A DNA stretch of 64,000 bases from Candidatus Nitrospira kreftii. GTDB lineage: Bacteria > Nitrospirota > Nitrospiria > Nitrospirales > Nitrospiraceae. The notes below the pieces were generated by a model, which was not told the origin of the DNA, made no database searches, and saw only the letters and a list, made by a program, of their open reading frames with translations. Made by a program: the position numbers and the translations under genes. Shown one piece after another: positions 27,561 through 37,306 of this stretch (the first letter of the stretch is position 1; each line of letters opens with the position of its first letter). The DNA is taken from contig CP047423.1 of NCBI GenBank assembly GCA_014058405.1, positions 2,565,777 through 2,629,776 on the forward strand, in the 5' to 3' direction.

Positions 27561-28640
27561 TCATGGTGTTACACCTCTAGCGCGATACACGAACGCCAGG
27601 ATCTCGGCTACCGCACGATAGAGATCATTGGGAATCTCCCTCCCGATATCGACAAGTTTAAAAAGCGTTCTTGCAACGAATTTGTTTTCGACGACCGGCA
27701 CGCCATGATGCCGCGCCAGCTCTCGGATACGCTCCGCAATCAGACCCGCGCCCTTCGCGACCACGACCGGCGCCGACATCTTTGACGTGTCATATTTCAG
27801 AGCGACTGCCAAATGTGTCGGGTTCGTGATCACCACATCTGCCGTCTTGACTGCAGCCATCATGCGTTTTCTCGTGAGTTCTCGCTGGACGGTCCGCACT
27901 CGATTCTTGATCAGAGGATCGCCTTCCGTGGATTTGTGTTCTTCTTTAATCTCCTCCTTCGACATGCGAAGGTCACGTTCCCATTCATAACGCTGATAGA
28001 AATAGTCGAGCACTGCGAGCCCTGCGATCGCTCCGGAAACGGCCAATCCGACTTTAAGCGACAATTGACCGGTTACCTGCAAGACGGACCCCATGTCGAA
28101 CTCGATCAATTCAGGAATCCGCAGAATGTCGAAGCGTGCGACCCAGATGCCGACACCCGTCACAATGGCGATCTTCAGTAGGCCTTTGATCAATTCCATC
28201 ACGGAGCGGAAGGAGGCCAGTTTGGAGAGCCCTTTGATCGGATTGATGCGGGCAAACTCCGGTTGCAATCCGTTGGATTTCCATAACAAGCCTGTCTGCA
28301 GCAGCGAAGCGGCGCTTCCCACCACCAACACCCCCACGACGATCGGTAGACTTAAGGCGAACACTGTGAGCCCGGCTTGAATCACGACCGTATAGACCTG
28401 TTCAATCGACATGCCGTCGTAAAATTCGACTGGAAACGAGAGCGTCAGACCCTGTCGTGTCATCTCCGTCATTCGTTGAAGACCGACCGGCAACATAGCG
28501 GCCAACAACCCAATGCCCCCTAAGAGAATAGCCGCCGTTGACACATCGCGGCTCATGGCGACCTGCCCTTTTTTCCGTGCCTCCTCCTTTCGTTTCGGAG
28601 TCGCGGGCTCTGTCTTGTTCGACTTATCGTCGTCAGCCAT
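27561..28640 (-). CDS. flhB: flagellar export switch protein FlhB
   Basis: 359 aa with the NPTH autocleavage site in 'VVITNPTHLAVALKY'. Confidence 0.95.
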   Translation of the reverse strand: MADDDKSNKTEPATPKRKEEARKKGQVAMSRDVSTAAILLGGIGLLAAMLPVGLQRMTEMTRQGLTLSFPVEFYDGMSIEQVYTVVIQAGLTVFALSLPIVVGVLVVGSAASLLQTGLLWKSNGLQPEFARINPIKGLSKLASFRSVMELIKGLLKIAIVTGVGIWVARFDILRIPELIEFDMGSVLQVTGQLSLKVGLAVSGAIAGLAVLDYFYQRYEWERDLRMSKEEIKEEHKSTEGDPLIKNRVRTVQRELTRKRMMAAVKTADVVITNPTHLAVALKYDTSKMSAPVVVAKGAGLIAERIRELARHHGVPVVENKFVARTLFKLVDIGREIPNDLYRAVAEILAFVYRARGVTP

Positions 28641-29421
28641 GTCCCAACGCTTTCAGAAGTGCCTGGATCGTCAGTTGGAGACGTTCCATCTCCCGAGCCA
28701 AGAGGTTCACCGTAAATGGCATCGAGAGCGCCAACACGGCCAAGCCACCGGCAATCGTGACGGGAAAGCTTATAACGAACACATTAATTTGACTGACCGC
28801 ACGTCCCAGCATGGCTAAAAGAATATTAATCATGAAAATCACGACGAGCACGGGTGCGGCCAACTTCAAGCCCAGCACGAACATGTTCTGAGAAAGACGT
28901 AAGACATCATCTCCCACTTCTCTCGGAAGGGAGGCCCCAAACGCTGGAATAGCCTCGTAGCTTGACAGAATGGTGGCAACCAGAAACATGTGCCCATTGA
29001 GAGAGAGAAACACGAGCGACGCCAGCAAGGTAAAGTATCGACCGATGATCGGAGTTTGGTGCGCCGTAGCGGGGTCAAAAATCTGGACGACACCAAATCC
29101 CATTTGGATACCGATCAATTCACCCGCAACCTCCAGCGCGCTGAAAAACAGCCGCACGGCCAGTCCGATCGCCAGTCCGATCGTCATTTCGCTCACGAGT
29201 CCTGCCGCGAGAGAGAGCGGATCATAAGGCACGACCGGAAGATGGACCATCGGAGCTAACAACAATCCCAAGGTCAGAATCAGCGCGACTTTGACTTTCA
29301 GTGGAACCGCTCGTCCGCTCAAGACAGGGAACGCAGCCAGCAGCCCTCCAATCCGGGAAATAAGGACCAAGAATGCCTGGAATTCAGGGAGCAAAATATG
29401 GATCGGCTGCGTGAAAGCCAT
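28633..29421 (-). CDS. fliR: flagellar export apparatus protein FliR
   Basis: 262-aa polytopic membrane protein between fliQ and flhB. Confidence 0.85.
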   Translation of the reverse strand: MAFTQPIHILLPEFQAFLVLISRIGGLLAAFPVLSGRAVPLKVKVALILTLGLLLAPMVHLPVVPYDPLSLAAGLVSEMTIGLAIGLAVRLFFSALEVAGELIGIQMGFGVVQIFDPATAHQTPIIGRYFTLLASLVFLSLNGHMFLVATILSSYEAIPAFGASLPREVGDDVLRLSQNMFVLGLKLAAPVLVVIFMINILLAMLGRAVSQINVFVISFPVTIAGGLAVLALSMPFTVNLLAREMERLQLTIQALLKALGHG

Positions 29422-29430
29422 TGTTCGTTA

Positions 29431-29700
29431 CTAGCGCACGTAGTTAGGAATATTCATGAGCAGATTCGACATATAGGTCGTCATCACGTTGAGCATCCAC
29501 GGAAGAAACACGAGGAGAGCGCCGAAGAGAGCCAACACCTTAGGCACAAAGGTCAGCGTGGCTTCGTTCAGCTGCGTCATGGCCTGCAGCGCACTGATGG
29601 CCAGCCCGATGAACAGACTCAGCCCGAGAATCGGGGATGCCACCAGCAACGTCGTTTCCAATGCGTGTCGACCCAATTCGGTCACCATCTCCGGTGTCAT
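29431..29700 (-). CDS. fliQ: flagellar export apparatus protein FliQ
   Basis: I trimmed the track ORF (29431..29778) to the internal ATG, giving an 89-aa protein 'MTPEMVTELGRHALETTLLVASPILG...', the typical FliQ size. Confidence 0.85.
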   Translation of the reverse strand: MTPEMVTELGRHALETTLLVASPILGLSLFIGLAISALQAMTQLNEATLTFVPKVLALFGALLVFLPWMLNVMTTYMSNLLMNIPNYVR

Positions 29701-29796
29701 GTGCTCCCCCTCTTGTGATAGCTTGTCACCACAGACTGCGCTGCCATCGATTGCTCCCCCAGGATCTCTCGCAGACACCCCTGCCGAAGATGCGAC

Positions 29797-30570
29797 TCAC
29801 TGAAAGCTTCGCACCATCGATCCCACCACGAGATACCACCCGTCGGCCAAGACAAAGAGAATCAACTTGAACGGAAGAGAGATCACCACAGGAGGCAACA
29901 GCATCATACCCATCGACATGAGTATGCTCGCGACGACCATATCGACGATTAGAAATGGAATGTAGATCAGAAATCCAATTTGGAATGCAATGCGCAGCTC
30001 GCTGAGAATAAACGCGGGGATGATCGCATGCGTCGGGACATCCTCGACCCGTTCGGGTTTTGGGATTTTACTCAACGTGATGAACAGTTCCAAATCCTTG
30101 TCCCGCACCTGCCGCAGCATGAACCCTCGCACCGGTTCGCTCCCCTTTTTCCATGCCTCTTCATACGAGATCTGCTCGGCCATGAGCGGTTGTACGGCGC
30201 TGTTGTACACAGCCTGCCCAACCGGAGCCATGATGAACATCGTCAAGAACAGCGCTAAAGACAGCAGCACTTGATTCGGAGGGACCGCCTGAGTGCCGAG
30301 AGCCTGACGCAGGAATGACAACACGATGACAATCCTCGTGAACGAGGTGACCATAATGAAGAGGGCCGGTGCCAAGGACAGCACCGTGAGGAGGATTAAG
30401 ATTTGTATGACGACGGCAGTCTGTTTGGGACCGTCTGGTCCGAAATCGAAACTGATGGACGGACCACTCGCCACCGCATCCGATAGCGGGATCAGGAAAA
30501 GCGACGTTGCACAGAAGCCGCTCACCCACATGATGGTATTCCGCCATTGTCGACTATTGCCCATGAACAT
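29797..30570 (-). CDS. fliP: flagellar export apparatus protein FliP
   Basis: 257 aa with 'FLIVDMVVASILMSMGMMLLPP'. Confidence 0.95.
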   Translation of the reverse strand: MFMGNSRQWRNTIMWVSGFCATSLFLIPLSDAVASGPSISFDFGPDGPKQTAVVIQILILLTVLSLAPALFIMVTSFTRIVIVLSFLRQALGTQAVPPNQVLLSLALFLTMFIMAPVGQAVYNSAVQPLMAEQISYEEAWKKGSEPVRGFMLRQVRDKDLELFITLSKIPKPERVEDVPTHAIIPAFILSELRIAFQIGFLIYIPFLIVDMVVASILMSMGMMLLPPVVISLPFKLILFVLADGWYLVVGSMVRSFQ

Positions 30571-30961
30571 CCTTATCGTAACGAACCGAGACGACGGGCC
30601 AACGCGTAAGCCAGGACGAAACTACTGAGTCCGGAAGGGATGACGTCGGCGTAGCTGTTGTCCCCGTGGTTCGCGTCAATAATTCATGTAATTGAGTGGA
30701 ATCAGTGAGACGCCCCAAAGGAACAAGATCAGTCGCTGTCGTCCCAACGATCAGATACTCCCCCGCGACCGATACGAGCGAGACGGTCTTGCGCGGAGCA
30801 AGATATCCCGTCGCCACCACTTGAACGAGTGGACGCTGTCCTCCCACTCCCAAGCGAGGCCCCATTACGCGGCGGAAAATGACCGTCGCAATCCCCATCA
30901 ACACCAGCACAATGGCCAAGGCGGAGACGGTACGGAACAGGCTTTCCCACAGATCGATCAC
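30554..30961 (-). CDS. fliO: FliO
   Basis: 135 aa with a single N-terminal TM helix 'ALAIVLVLMGIATVIF'. It lies between fliN and fliP. Confidence 0.7.
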   Translation of the reverse strand: MIDLWESLFRTVSALAIVLVLMGIATVIFRRVMGPRLGVGGQRPLVQVVATGYLAPRKTVSLVSVAGEYLIVGTTATDLVPLGRLTDSTQLHELLTRTTGTTATPTSSLPDSVVSSWLTRWPVVSVRYDKDVHGQ

Positions 30962-30979
30962 AACCGCTCCCTCTGACCT

Positions 30980-31348
30980 TCAACGAAGCTGCTGCACGCG
31001 CTCCGCGGCACTTACCACATCTGTCAGTCGAATTCCGAATTTTTCATTCACGACCACGACTTCACCACGGGCAACGAGTTTATTATTCACCATCACTTCC
31101 ATCGGTTCGCCCGCCAATTTATCCAGTTCAATCACGGAGCCTTGGGCGAGTTGCAACAGATCGCGGATCGCCATCTTGGTGGACCCGACGTAGACGGCTA
31201 CGCTCATGGGAATGTCGAGTAGAAAATCCATATTCTTCGGAGTTCCTCCTGTTTCCGCCCCTTGCACGGACGGAAACGATGCTGGCTGGGGAGCAGCCTT
31301 CCCCTCCGCTTGAAGGTCTGTGCGCATCGCAGATTCTGATTCAGCCAT
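30980..31348 (-). CDS. fliN: C-ring protein FliN
   Basis: 122 aa with SpoA domain 'LLQLAQGSVIELDKLAGEPMEVMVNNKLVARGEVVVVNEKFGIRLTDV'. Confidence 0.9.
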   Translation of the reverse strand: MAESESAMRTDLQAEGKAAPQPASFPSVQGAETGGTPKNMDFLLDIPMSVAVYVGSTKMAIRDLLQLAQGSVIELDKLAGEPMEVMVNNKLVARGEVVVVNEKFGIRLTDVVSAAERVQQLR

Positions 31349-31373
31349 AATCGCTCTCTTCGTTCTGTGAGGG

Positions 31374-32348
31374 TTAGTTCATCGTTTTGGTCACACGACA
31401 GGCATGATTGCCCTTATAGATACCGGGGCTTCCCTGAAACTTGTGATAGCCTTCGATGTAACAATCGAGCGGGTCACCTGGACGCTGGTCAAGTAAGATG
31501 ACGTCTCCAGCTGAAAAGTTCATCACGTCCTTTACCGTCACAGTCGCAGTTCCAAGTCGTACGGCGATAGGAAGCGGGCATTCTTGCAATCGTTCGCGGA
31601 ATCGCTGGCTCCAGTCACCATCCTGATCCACTTGATCGGACACGAGCCCGGAATAGAGTTTTTCCTTGATCGGCTCGAGCATCGAATAAGGGTAAACAAT
31701 GTGTAGTTCCCGCGCAGTCTCCCCCAGCACGACTTGCAGCGTAACGACCACAACAATCTCGGACGAGGTAACAACCATCGCAAACTGAGGATTACTTTCA
31801 GACCGCAAATACTCAACTTTCACCGGCACAATGGCATGCCATGCCTTCTCAAGGTCGACAAGGGCCTGGAGCAACAACTTCTTGATGATCCTCAATTGGA
31901 CAGGTGTAAAGTCACGTCCTTCTGGCTTGACATGCGTCTGACCTTTCCCACCAAAAAAATAATCCACGATCAAATACACCAAGAAGGCATCCATCACGAA
32001 AAGAGCGCTCCCTCGTAACGGGGGCATATGAAACACATTTAAGGACGACGGCATCGGTACCTTCTTCAGAAACTCGCCAAATTTGATCACCTGCGTCCCG
32101 ACGACGACAAAATCGACCGCATCGCGAAACATGTTGGTCCAGACAACAGACTGGCGACGAATGAACCGATCGTTGATCATCTCCATGGTCGGCATTCGAC
32201 CGCGAATGATTCGCTCTTGGTTGAACAAATCGTATTGCGTGACTCCTTTTGCGGCAGACTCGTTTTCCTTGGGAGCCGTATCGACTTCTCCCGACACCAC
32301 TCCTTTCAAGAGCGCATCGATTTCTTCTTGAGAGAGGATCTTTTCCAT
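31374..32348 (-). CDS. fliM: C-ring switch protein FliM
   Basis: 324 aa. The N-terminus 'MEKILSQEEIDALL' is the CheY-P-binding LSQxEIDALL motif. Confidence 0.9.
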   Translation of the reverse strand: MEKILSQEEIDALLKGVVSGEVDTAPKENESAAKGVTQYDLFNQERIIRGRMPTMEMINDRFIRRQSVVWTNMFRDAVDFVVVGTQVIKFGEFLKKVPMPSSLNVFHMPPLRGSALFVMDAFLVYLIVDYFFGGKGQTHVKPEGRDFTPVQLRIIKKLLLQALVDLEKAWHAIVPVKVEYLRSESNPQFAMVVTSSEIVVVVTLQVVLGETARELHIVYPYSMLEPIKEKLYSGLVSDQVDQDGDWSQRFRERLQECPLPIAVRLGTATVTVKDVMNFSAGDVILLDQRPGDPLDCYIEGYHKFQGSPGIYKGNHACRVTKTMN

Positions 32349-32360
32349 GGTGAAGGACTA

Positions 32361-32912
32361 TTACTGCACGACGAAGTCAGTGAAGTAGGCAGAACGGACG
32401 CCGGGTTTAGGGAGGAGACCATTGATCCGTTGAGTGATTTCGTCACGCAGCTGGAATTTCCCCTGTGTCGTTCTCACGGCATTCACATCCTTGCTGCTGA
32501 GGAGCACGAGCACAGCATCTCGGACTTGAGGAATCCGCGCGGACAGATCAGTAGACACAGCTTCATTTTCCACCTCAAGTTTGATGGTCAGTTTCAAGTA
32601 ACGCACCTCCGGTGTATCCGCAAGGTTCACAATGAACGGGTCCAGATCGACCATGACTCCTGGTGTGGCGGTCTGACCCTGCTTGCCACCGGCTCCACTA
32701 TGAGATTCAGTCTTCACTGCAACCTCACTCTTATGCTCTTCAGATGTTTCTGAAGCTTTATCCGACCCACCTAGAAATTTCACGGCTACCACTGCCCCCC
32801 CCACGCCGAAGACGAGAGCCGCAACACACACGATAATGAGTAATTTGATTGGAAACGCTGGAGCGGGGACCGCTACTGAAGCTTTTTCATCTGCCGCGGC
32901 TGCATCTGCCAT
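32361..32912 (-). CDS. fliL: FliL
   Basis: 183 aa with one TM helix and C-terminus 'VRYLKLTIKLEVE...IPQVRDAVLVLLSSK...LRDEI'. Confidence 0.85.
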   Translation of the reverse strand: MADAAAADEKASVAVPAPAFPIKLLIIVCVAALVFGVGGAVVAVKFLGGSDKASETSEEHKSEVAVKTESHSGAGGKQGQTATPGVMVDLDPFIVNLADTPEVRYLKLTIKLEVENEAVSTDLSARIPQVRDAVLVLLSSKDVNAVRTTQGKFQLRDEITQRINGLLPKPGVRSAYFTDFVVQ

Positions 32913-32951
32913 AACTCCTCCTCGAGTGACTCGTTGGCCAGCTCAGGGAGG

Positions 32952-32968
32952 TTGCAATGCATATGCCA
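32952..32968 (-). promoter_or_regulatory. sigma-54 -24/-12 promoter upstream of fliL
   Basis: The minus strand reads TGGCAT-ATGCA-TTGCA (GG-N10-GC). It lies about 40 nt upstream of the fliL ATG, which has a GGAGGAG RBS. Confidence 0.6.
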
Positions 32969-33158
32969 TTATTTTTATCCGTACCATACCTGTCACGACG
33001 GTAAATCTATGCACGCGACGCGCAGTTAGCGTGGAGGCACACCACGCGTGAGCCAATCCCCCTGCATCTCGTCAAGCAATCCATTGACGCCGTCAACAAA
33101 CTGACGCTGTGGTGACCGGAGAACTAAGTGGTGAGCGTGCAGAACACCAAGCGACCGT

Positions 33159-33186
33159 GGCCTGAGACCTACACTCGTCTCAGGCC
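33159..33186 (-). terminator. perfect 10-bp GC-rich stem-loop just after flgE (possible terminator or mRNA stabiliser)
   Basis: GGCCTGAGAC-ctacactc-GTCTCAGGCC, 14 nt downstream of the flgE stop. It has no U-tract, so its function is uncertain. Confidence 0.3.
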
Positions 33187-33199
33187 ACAATCTCAATGG

Positions 33200-34558
33200 T
33201 TATCGTTTGAGATTGACCAATTCTTGAAGAACTTCATCAGAAGTCGTGATGACTCTTGAGTTCGCTTGAAACCCTCGCTGCGCCGCGATCATGTCGATAA
33301 AACTTTCTCCCAGATCTACATTTGAGAGCTCAAGCGTATTAGCGAGAACTCGACCGAGGCCGGCCGATGTTGCTGCTCCGACCAGCGGTTGCCCGGAGGT
33401 TCCCGATTCAGCGAAGGTGTTTTTTCCGGTTCGCACCAGACCCAATGGGTCAGGGAATCGTGCCAACGCCAGCTGCGCTAAGGGCCGAACCTGCCCATTG
33501 GAGAATCTCCCATTAATCATCCCGTTGGTCTCCACGCTAAATGTCTGGAGCGCTCCGGCACCGAACCCGTTTTGAGATTGCTGAACTAATCCTGACGCTG
33601 CGCCGAATTGTGTTGAGAGGTCGGTACCGGCGCCTCCATCGGTCGTCACGCTCGTGCCGAAGTTGAAGGCGATGGCCTGGTTCGGGGTGGCCCCGATAAA
33701 ATCGATTTGACCCTGCCCCACGGTCCCGCCGGCAGTTCCACCGGCAGTGCCGTCATCATAGCTCGTCATTACACTCTCAGTATCAAGAGCACCGGATGTC
33801 GTGAAGGTTAACGTACCTGATCCCAACCGCACGAGTCCCAACGAGGCGTTAACATTCGCTGCATTATAATTGGCGGTGACAATCTCATTCGTACTTCCCA
33901 CCACATTATAGGTCCAGGTGTTCGCCGCCGTTTTTGTGAAGTAGCTGGTGAGAAGATGACTGTTCCCCACAGAATCATACACGGTGAGGGACGTCGAGAA
34001 TTGAGCGGTCCCGGCTGGGTCTGCGAGCGAGAACGTGCCGGTCGTCGATTGTGAATTGAGGTTCGCGCCGATATCGACGGTCGTCGTCGGATTTGGCGGT
34101 GCAGTAGTTGTCGGAAGCGTCACCCCGCTGATACTGGCGGTAATCAGACCACTGGTGTTGACTTGATACCCCTGAAGCAAGAATCCGCTTGGGTCAACGA
34201 TGCGGTTTTGGGCATCCAGATGAAACTGACCTGCCCGGGAATAGAAGGCCCCGCCGCTTGTATCACGGAGGATGAAGAATCCGTTACCGTCGATCGCCAA
34301 ATCAAGCGCGTTACTCGTAGTACTCAGTGAGCCTTGACTAAAGTTCCCCTGGACGCCGTTGAGTGCGACACCCAACCCAGTCTGAATCGCTCCACCGGCT
34401 CCTCCGAGTGAAGAACTGATGAGGTCGGCAAACACAGAGCGACTGGATTTGAACCCGACTGTACTCAGATTCGCAATATTGTTCCCCACGACGGATAATG
34501 CGTTCCCGTTCGCATTGAGCCCGCTGACGCCCGTAAAAAGCGACGACAAAATTCCCAT
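33200..34558 (-). CDS. flgE: flagellar hook protein FlgE
   Basis: 452 aa with 'MGILSSLFTGVSGLNANGNALSVVGNNIANLSTVGFK' and C-terminus 'LELSNVDLGESFIDMIAAQRGFQANSRVI'. Confidence 0.9.
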   Translation of the reverse strand: MGILSSLFTGVSGLNANGNALSVVGNNIANLSTVGFKSSRSVFADLISSSLGGAGGAIQTGLGVALNGVQGNFSQGSLSTTSNALDLAIDGNGFFILRDTSGGAFYSRAGQFHLDAQNRIVDPSGFLLQGYQVNTSGLITASISGVTLPTTTAPPNPTTTVDIGANLNSQSTTGTFSLADPAGTAQFSTSLTVYDSVGNSHLLTSYFTKTAANTWTYNVVGSTNEIVTANYNAANVNASLGLVRLGSGTLTFTTSGALDTESVMTSYDDGTAGGTAGGTVGQGQIDFIGATPNQAIAFNFGTSVTTDGGAGTDLSTQFGAASGLVQQSQNGFGAGALQTFSVETNGMINGRFSNGQVRPLAQLALARFPDPLGLVRTGKNTFAESGTSGQPLVGAATSAGLGRVLANTLELSNVDLGESFIDMIAAQRGFQANSRVITTSDEVLQELVNLKR

Positions 34559-34578
34559 CGGTGCAGTCCTCCTCTTGT

Positions 34579-35232
34579 TTAGCGCAACTCAACGATCGCA
34601 GATGGATCAACGGCCAAATCACCCACAAGCAGCTTGGCTTGTCCCTCTTCCATACGGACCCCAGACACGGTGAGCGATGCACGCCCTTCCACCGGCACAG
34701 CCTTACCTTCAGCATCCACTGCCGAAATAAGATACCGATAGAGCCCTTTCGGCATCGCAATTCCATCCTGGTCCTTTCCATCCCATTCCGCTGCATGCAC
34801 CCCTGCGAGTTGATCGCGATACTCGAGGCTCCGTACGACCTGACCTTGGTGATCCTGAATGCTGACAAGGACCTTCGTGGCATTCTTGTCCAGCGTATAG
34901 CCGAAGGTCGCAGTCCCATCCTCGAGTTGAACCAGCGGCTGCCCGATCGTGACCGTCCGACCAACCATGGGAAGCAGCGTGAATTGCAGAGACGCCGTTT
35001 GGGCATCGAGGCTCTGCTGAAGCAGCTGAGCCTGCTTCGCGCTTTGCTCGAGCTGGCTAAACTGTGCGAGTTGCGAGACGAACTCAGTGTTGTCGGTAGG
35101 GTTCAATGGATCTTGGTTTTTTAGCTGCGTGATGAGCAGTTTCAGAAAATCATCTTGCCCCAACGCGCGGGGCCCCGTTCGCTCAGGAGCGGGTGCAGCA
35201 CCTGCAGAAGTAAGTTCTGATACATCAAGCAT
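34579..35232 (-). CDS. flgD: hook cap/assembly protein FlgD
   Basis: 217 aa with 'LGQDDFLKLLITQLKNQDPLNPTDNTEFVSQLAQFSQLEQ'. Confidence 0.9.
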   Translation of the reverse strand: MLDVSELTSAGAAPAPERTGPRALGQDDFLKLLITQLKNQDPLNPTDNTEFVSQLAQFSQLEQSAKQAQLLQQSLDAQTASLQFTLLPMVGRTVTIGQPLVQLEDGTATFGYTLDKNATKVLVSIQDHQGQVVRSLEYRDQLAGVHAAEWDGKDQDGIAMPKGLYRYLISAVDAEGKAVPVEGRASLTVSGVRMEEGQAKLLVGDLAVDPSAIVELR

Positions 35233-35253
35233 TTCCAGTATCCCCCTTGCAGC

Positions 35254-36951
35254 CTAGGCCACGACATTCAACAGGCCATGTCGTACGCCGCGCGCGTGGT
35301 CCTGTTGATCTGAATGAGACTCCCGTCCCAGTCCATGCGAACCCTGATTCCATGGCTGTCCATGCTCTTGAGACGAATTCTGCTGAAAAGAACGACCTCC
35401 GCTCTGGCGATCGATGTCGACACGGAACTGCCCCATGTCCAATCCGCTTGCTTGTAACGCCGCCTGAAGTCGATCCTGACTGTTGATGAAGAATTGTCCG
35501 ACTTCGAGTCTATCGGAAGAGAAATGGGTATGGACAAGATCATTGGTCATCGCAATACGAATATTCACATGCCCGAGGTCCGGTTGATTCACATTCACGA
35601 CGACCGATCGCATCGCAGGATTCCCGGCTGATTGAGCTGTTTCCTCTGCACGTGCACCAGACTGCACGTGAGTGACAAACGACGCTGGTACTGGAGTTCC
35701 AGGCGAGGAGGTCGTCTGGCTAGCCGTTCCAGCCACCACCGTTTCCGCTACTGATCCATTGGCGATAGGATGACTCACACCGAATGCTTGAGGGATTTGT
35801 GGTTCACCATTCTCCATCTGTCGCCCGTTATGACCGGACCATAACTCGCTCAACTGCGCAGATCCGTCACTGCCGGGCTGCTGTCTCTGAGAAAACGAAT
35901 GCTGCATGCTCCCGCCAAGAGCGTCGTGGTCGCCAAGAACGGGCCTATGCTGGGCGGCCGGAAGGGGCGCAGAATGATCAACCGGGCTTCCATCATATTT
36001 TAGTGTCTCGTGCTTGGCTCCTAGAGCTTTTCCCTCCAATGGTGTCGTCCCGACGTGGGCTTGAACAACGTGGGGAATATCCAGACCTTCCAGGGAATGA
36101 GCTGAGCGAAGAAATGAATCTCTAGACGTAGATGAAGAATCACCATGATCGGGTGCTACCTTCTCACTCTCACTGACAACCTCCGCTGCCGCTCCCTCGA
36201 CCCCGTGAACTTCTGGCCCGTCATTATTCGTCTGCAGTTCCCCCAGATTCGATTGCTGTGTTACCGGAGAATGCGATGCAACACCTGCACTATTCGTAAA
36301 GGATCGAACCCCAATAACATCAGGAGTTGTCGTGAACGATTCGGTCGATTCGGGCGAGATCAGCGGTTGCTGGGAATCTGTCTCCAGGTCCGTTACGTCG
36401 TTAAATGGGTGAGATTCGGTCTCGGTCTGGACTTCCTTCTGGTCAACTACCTGAGGCTCGGCTGGACTGGAAATTAGGGTGGATAACGGCGCAGTCCCTT
36501 GTTCCTGAGAACCAGACCCAACATCATTCCTTTGGGGTGAAGATTCACGGTTGGATTCCGCATCGTCGGTATTCTTATCATCATTGTTGTCGCTTCTCGT
36601 TCTCTCAGCTACCTGAGAGGAGGAGCCATAAGACCGCTCTGGTTGAGTCGATTCATTGAGCCCTTTGGTCTCTTTCGCACGGGAGCCATCATCGGCCTTA
36701 TTCACTGGTCGCGCACCCTCTGCCTCGCGAATAGTGGCTTTACCCACCTCATCACGAACCGACCGAAGCATCGACGAAAAACCCTTCCGACTCCTGACTG
36801 ACTTAGGAGGAGTTTCGTCTCGTACAGGTCGTACACCACCGTCTCTAGGAGCCCCAGAGAGAGTGGGGAATAAGTCTGTTGGTACAAAATCCACGTACGT
36901 CAGCCTCTTGATGATCCGGCTGGGGTAAATACAAGCTCTATGCCACACCAT
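35254..36951 (-). CDS. fliK: hook-length control protein FliK
   Basis: 565 aa with a long Ser/Pro/acidic low-complexity N-terminal part. The C-terminal Flg_hook-type domain reads 'VNIRIAMTNDLVHTHFSSDRLEVGQFFINSQDRLQAALQASGLDMGQFRVDI'. An alternative GTG start at 36894 has an AAGAGG RBS. Confidence 0.75.
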   Translation of the reverse strand: MVWHRACIYPSRIIKRLTYVDFVPTDLFPTLSGAPRDGGVRPVRDETPPKSVRSRKGFSSMLRSVRDEVGKATIREAEGARPVNKADDGSRAKETKGLNESTQPERSYGSSSQVAERTRSDNNDDKNTDDAESNRESSPQRNDVGSGSQEQGTAPLSTLISSPAEPQVVDQKEVQTETESHPFNDVTDLETDSQQPLISPESTESFTTTPDVIGVRSFTNSAGVASHSPVTQQSNLGELQTNNDGPEVHGVEGAAAEVVSESEKVAPDHGDSSSTSRDSFLRSAHSLEGLDIPHVVQAHVGTTPLEGKALGAKHETLKYDGSPVDHSAPLPAAQHRPVLGDHDALGGSMQHSFSQRQQPGSDGSAQLSELWSGHNGRQMENGEPQIPQAFGVSHPIANGSVAETVVAGTASQTTSSPGTPVPASFVTHVQSGARAEETAQSAGNPAMRSVVVNVNQPDLGHVNIRIAMTNDLVHTHFSSDRLEVGQFFINSQDRLQAALQASGLDMGQFRVDIDRQSGGRSFQQNSSQEHGQPWNQGSHGLGRESHSDQQDHARGVRHGLLNVVA

Positions 36952-36970
36952 CGTCCTAAGAAAGCACTGA

Positions 36971-36997
36971 TTATCGGGCAGTTGTGATGAGGGTTTA
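36971..36997 (-). promoter_or_regulatory. sigma-28-type promoter upstream of fliK
   Basis: The minus strand reads TAAA-N15-CCCGATAA, against the consensus TAAA-N15-GCCGATAA. It lies 20-75 nt upstream of the candidate fliK starts. Confidence 0.5.
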
Positions 36998-37306
36998 ATA
37001 AATCAACGATGGAAACGGAAAAGTTTACAGCTCGGTAGGCAAAAGCGACCGGCAAACCAATAACGGATCCTTCGTTGCCTAATCACAGCGGCAATTCAAA
37101 CTGCAGCGGGAATTTTTTGAGCGATCCGGTAGCTTGAACTGGCAATGTCAATTGCGCTGCCCGGCCTGGGCGAGGGCCACAGTTTAGCCGACGATTCCAG
37201 CTTTCGCTGGGCTGGCTTTCTGAGAGGACATCATTGCACAAACTCCCTCGCGACTGCATGACCAAGTAGAGATAATCGTCGGCTCCACCAGATCCGATGG
37301 CGACGA

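Noticed and set aside
34338-35006. 222-aa minus-strand ORF overlapping flgD and flgE
   Set aside because: It is out of frame with two well-supported flagellar genes. The product is Arg/Cys/Trp-rich, typical of an alternative frame in GC-rich DNA. The same reasoning applies to the many 60-220-aa antisense ORFs in the track, such as 26854..27516 in flhA, 44578..45216, 12922..13588 and 42322..42918.
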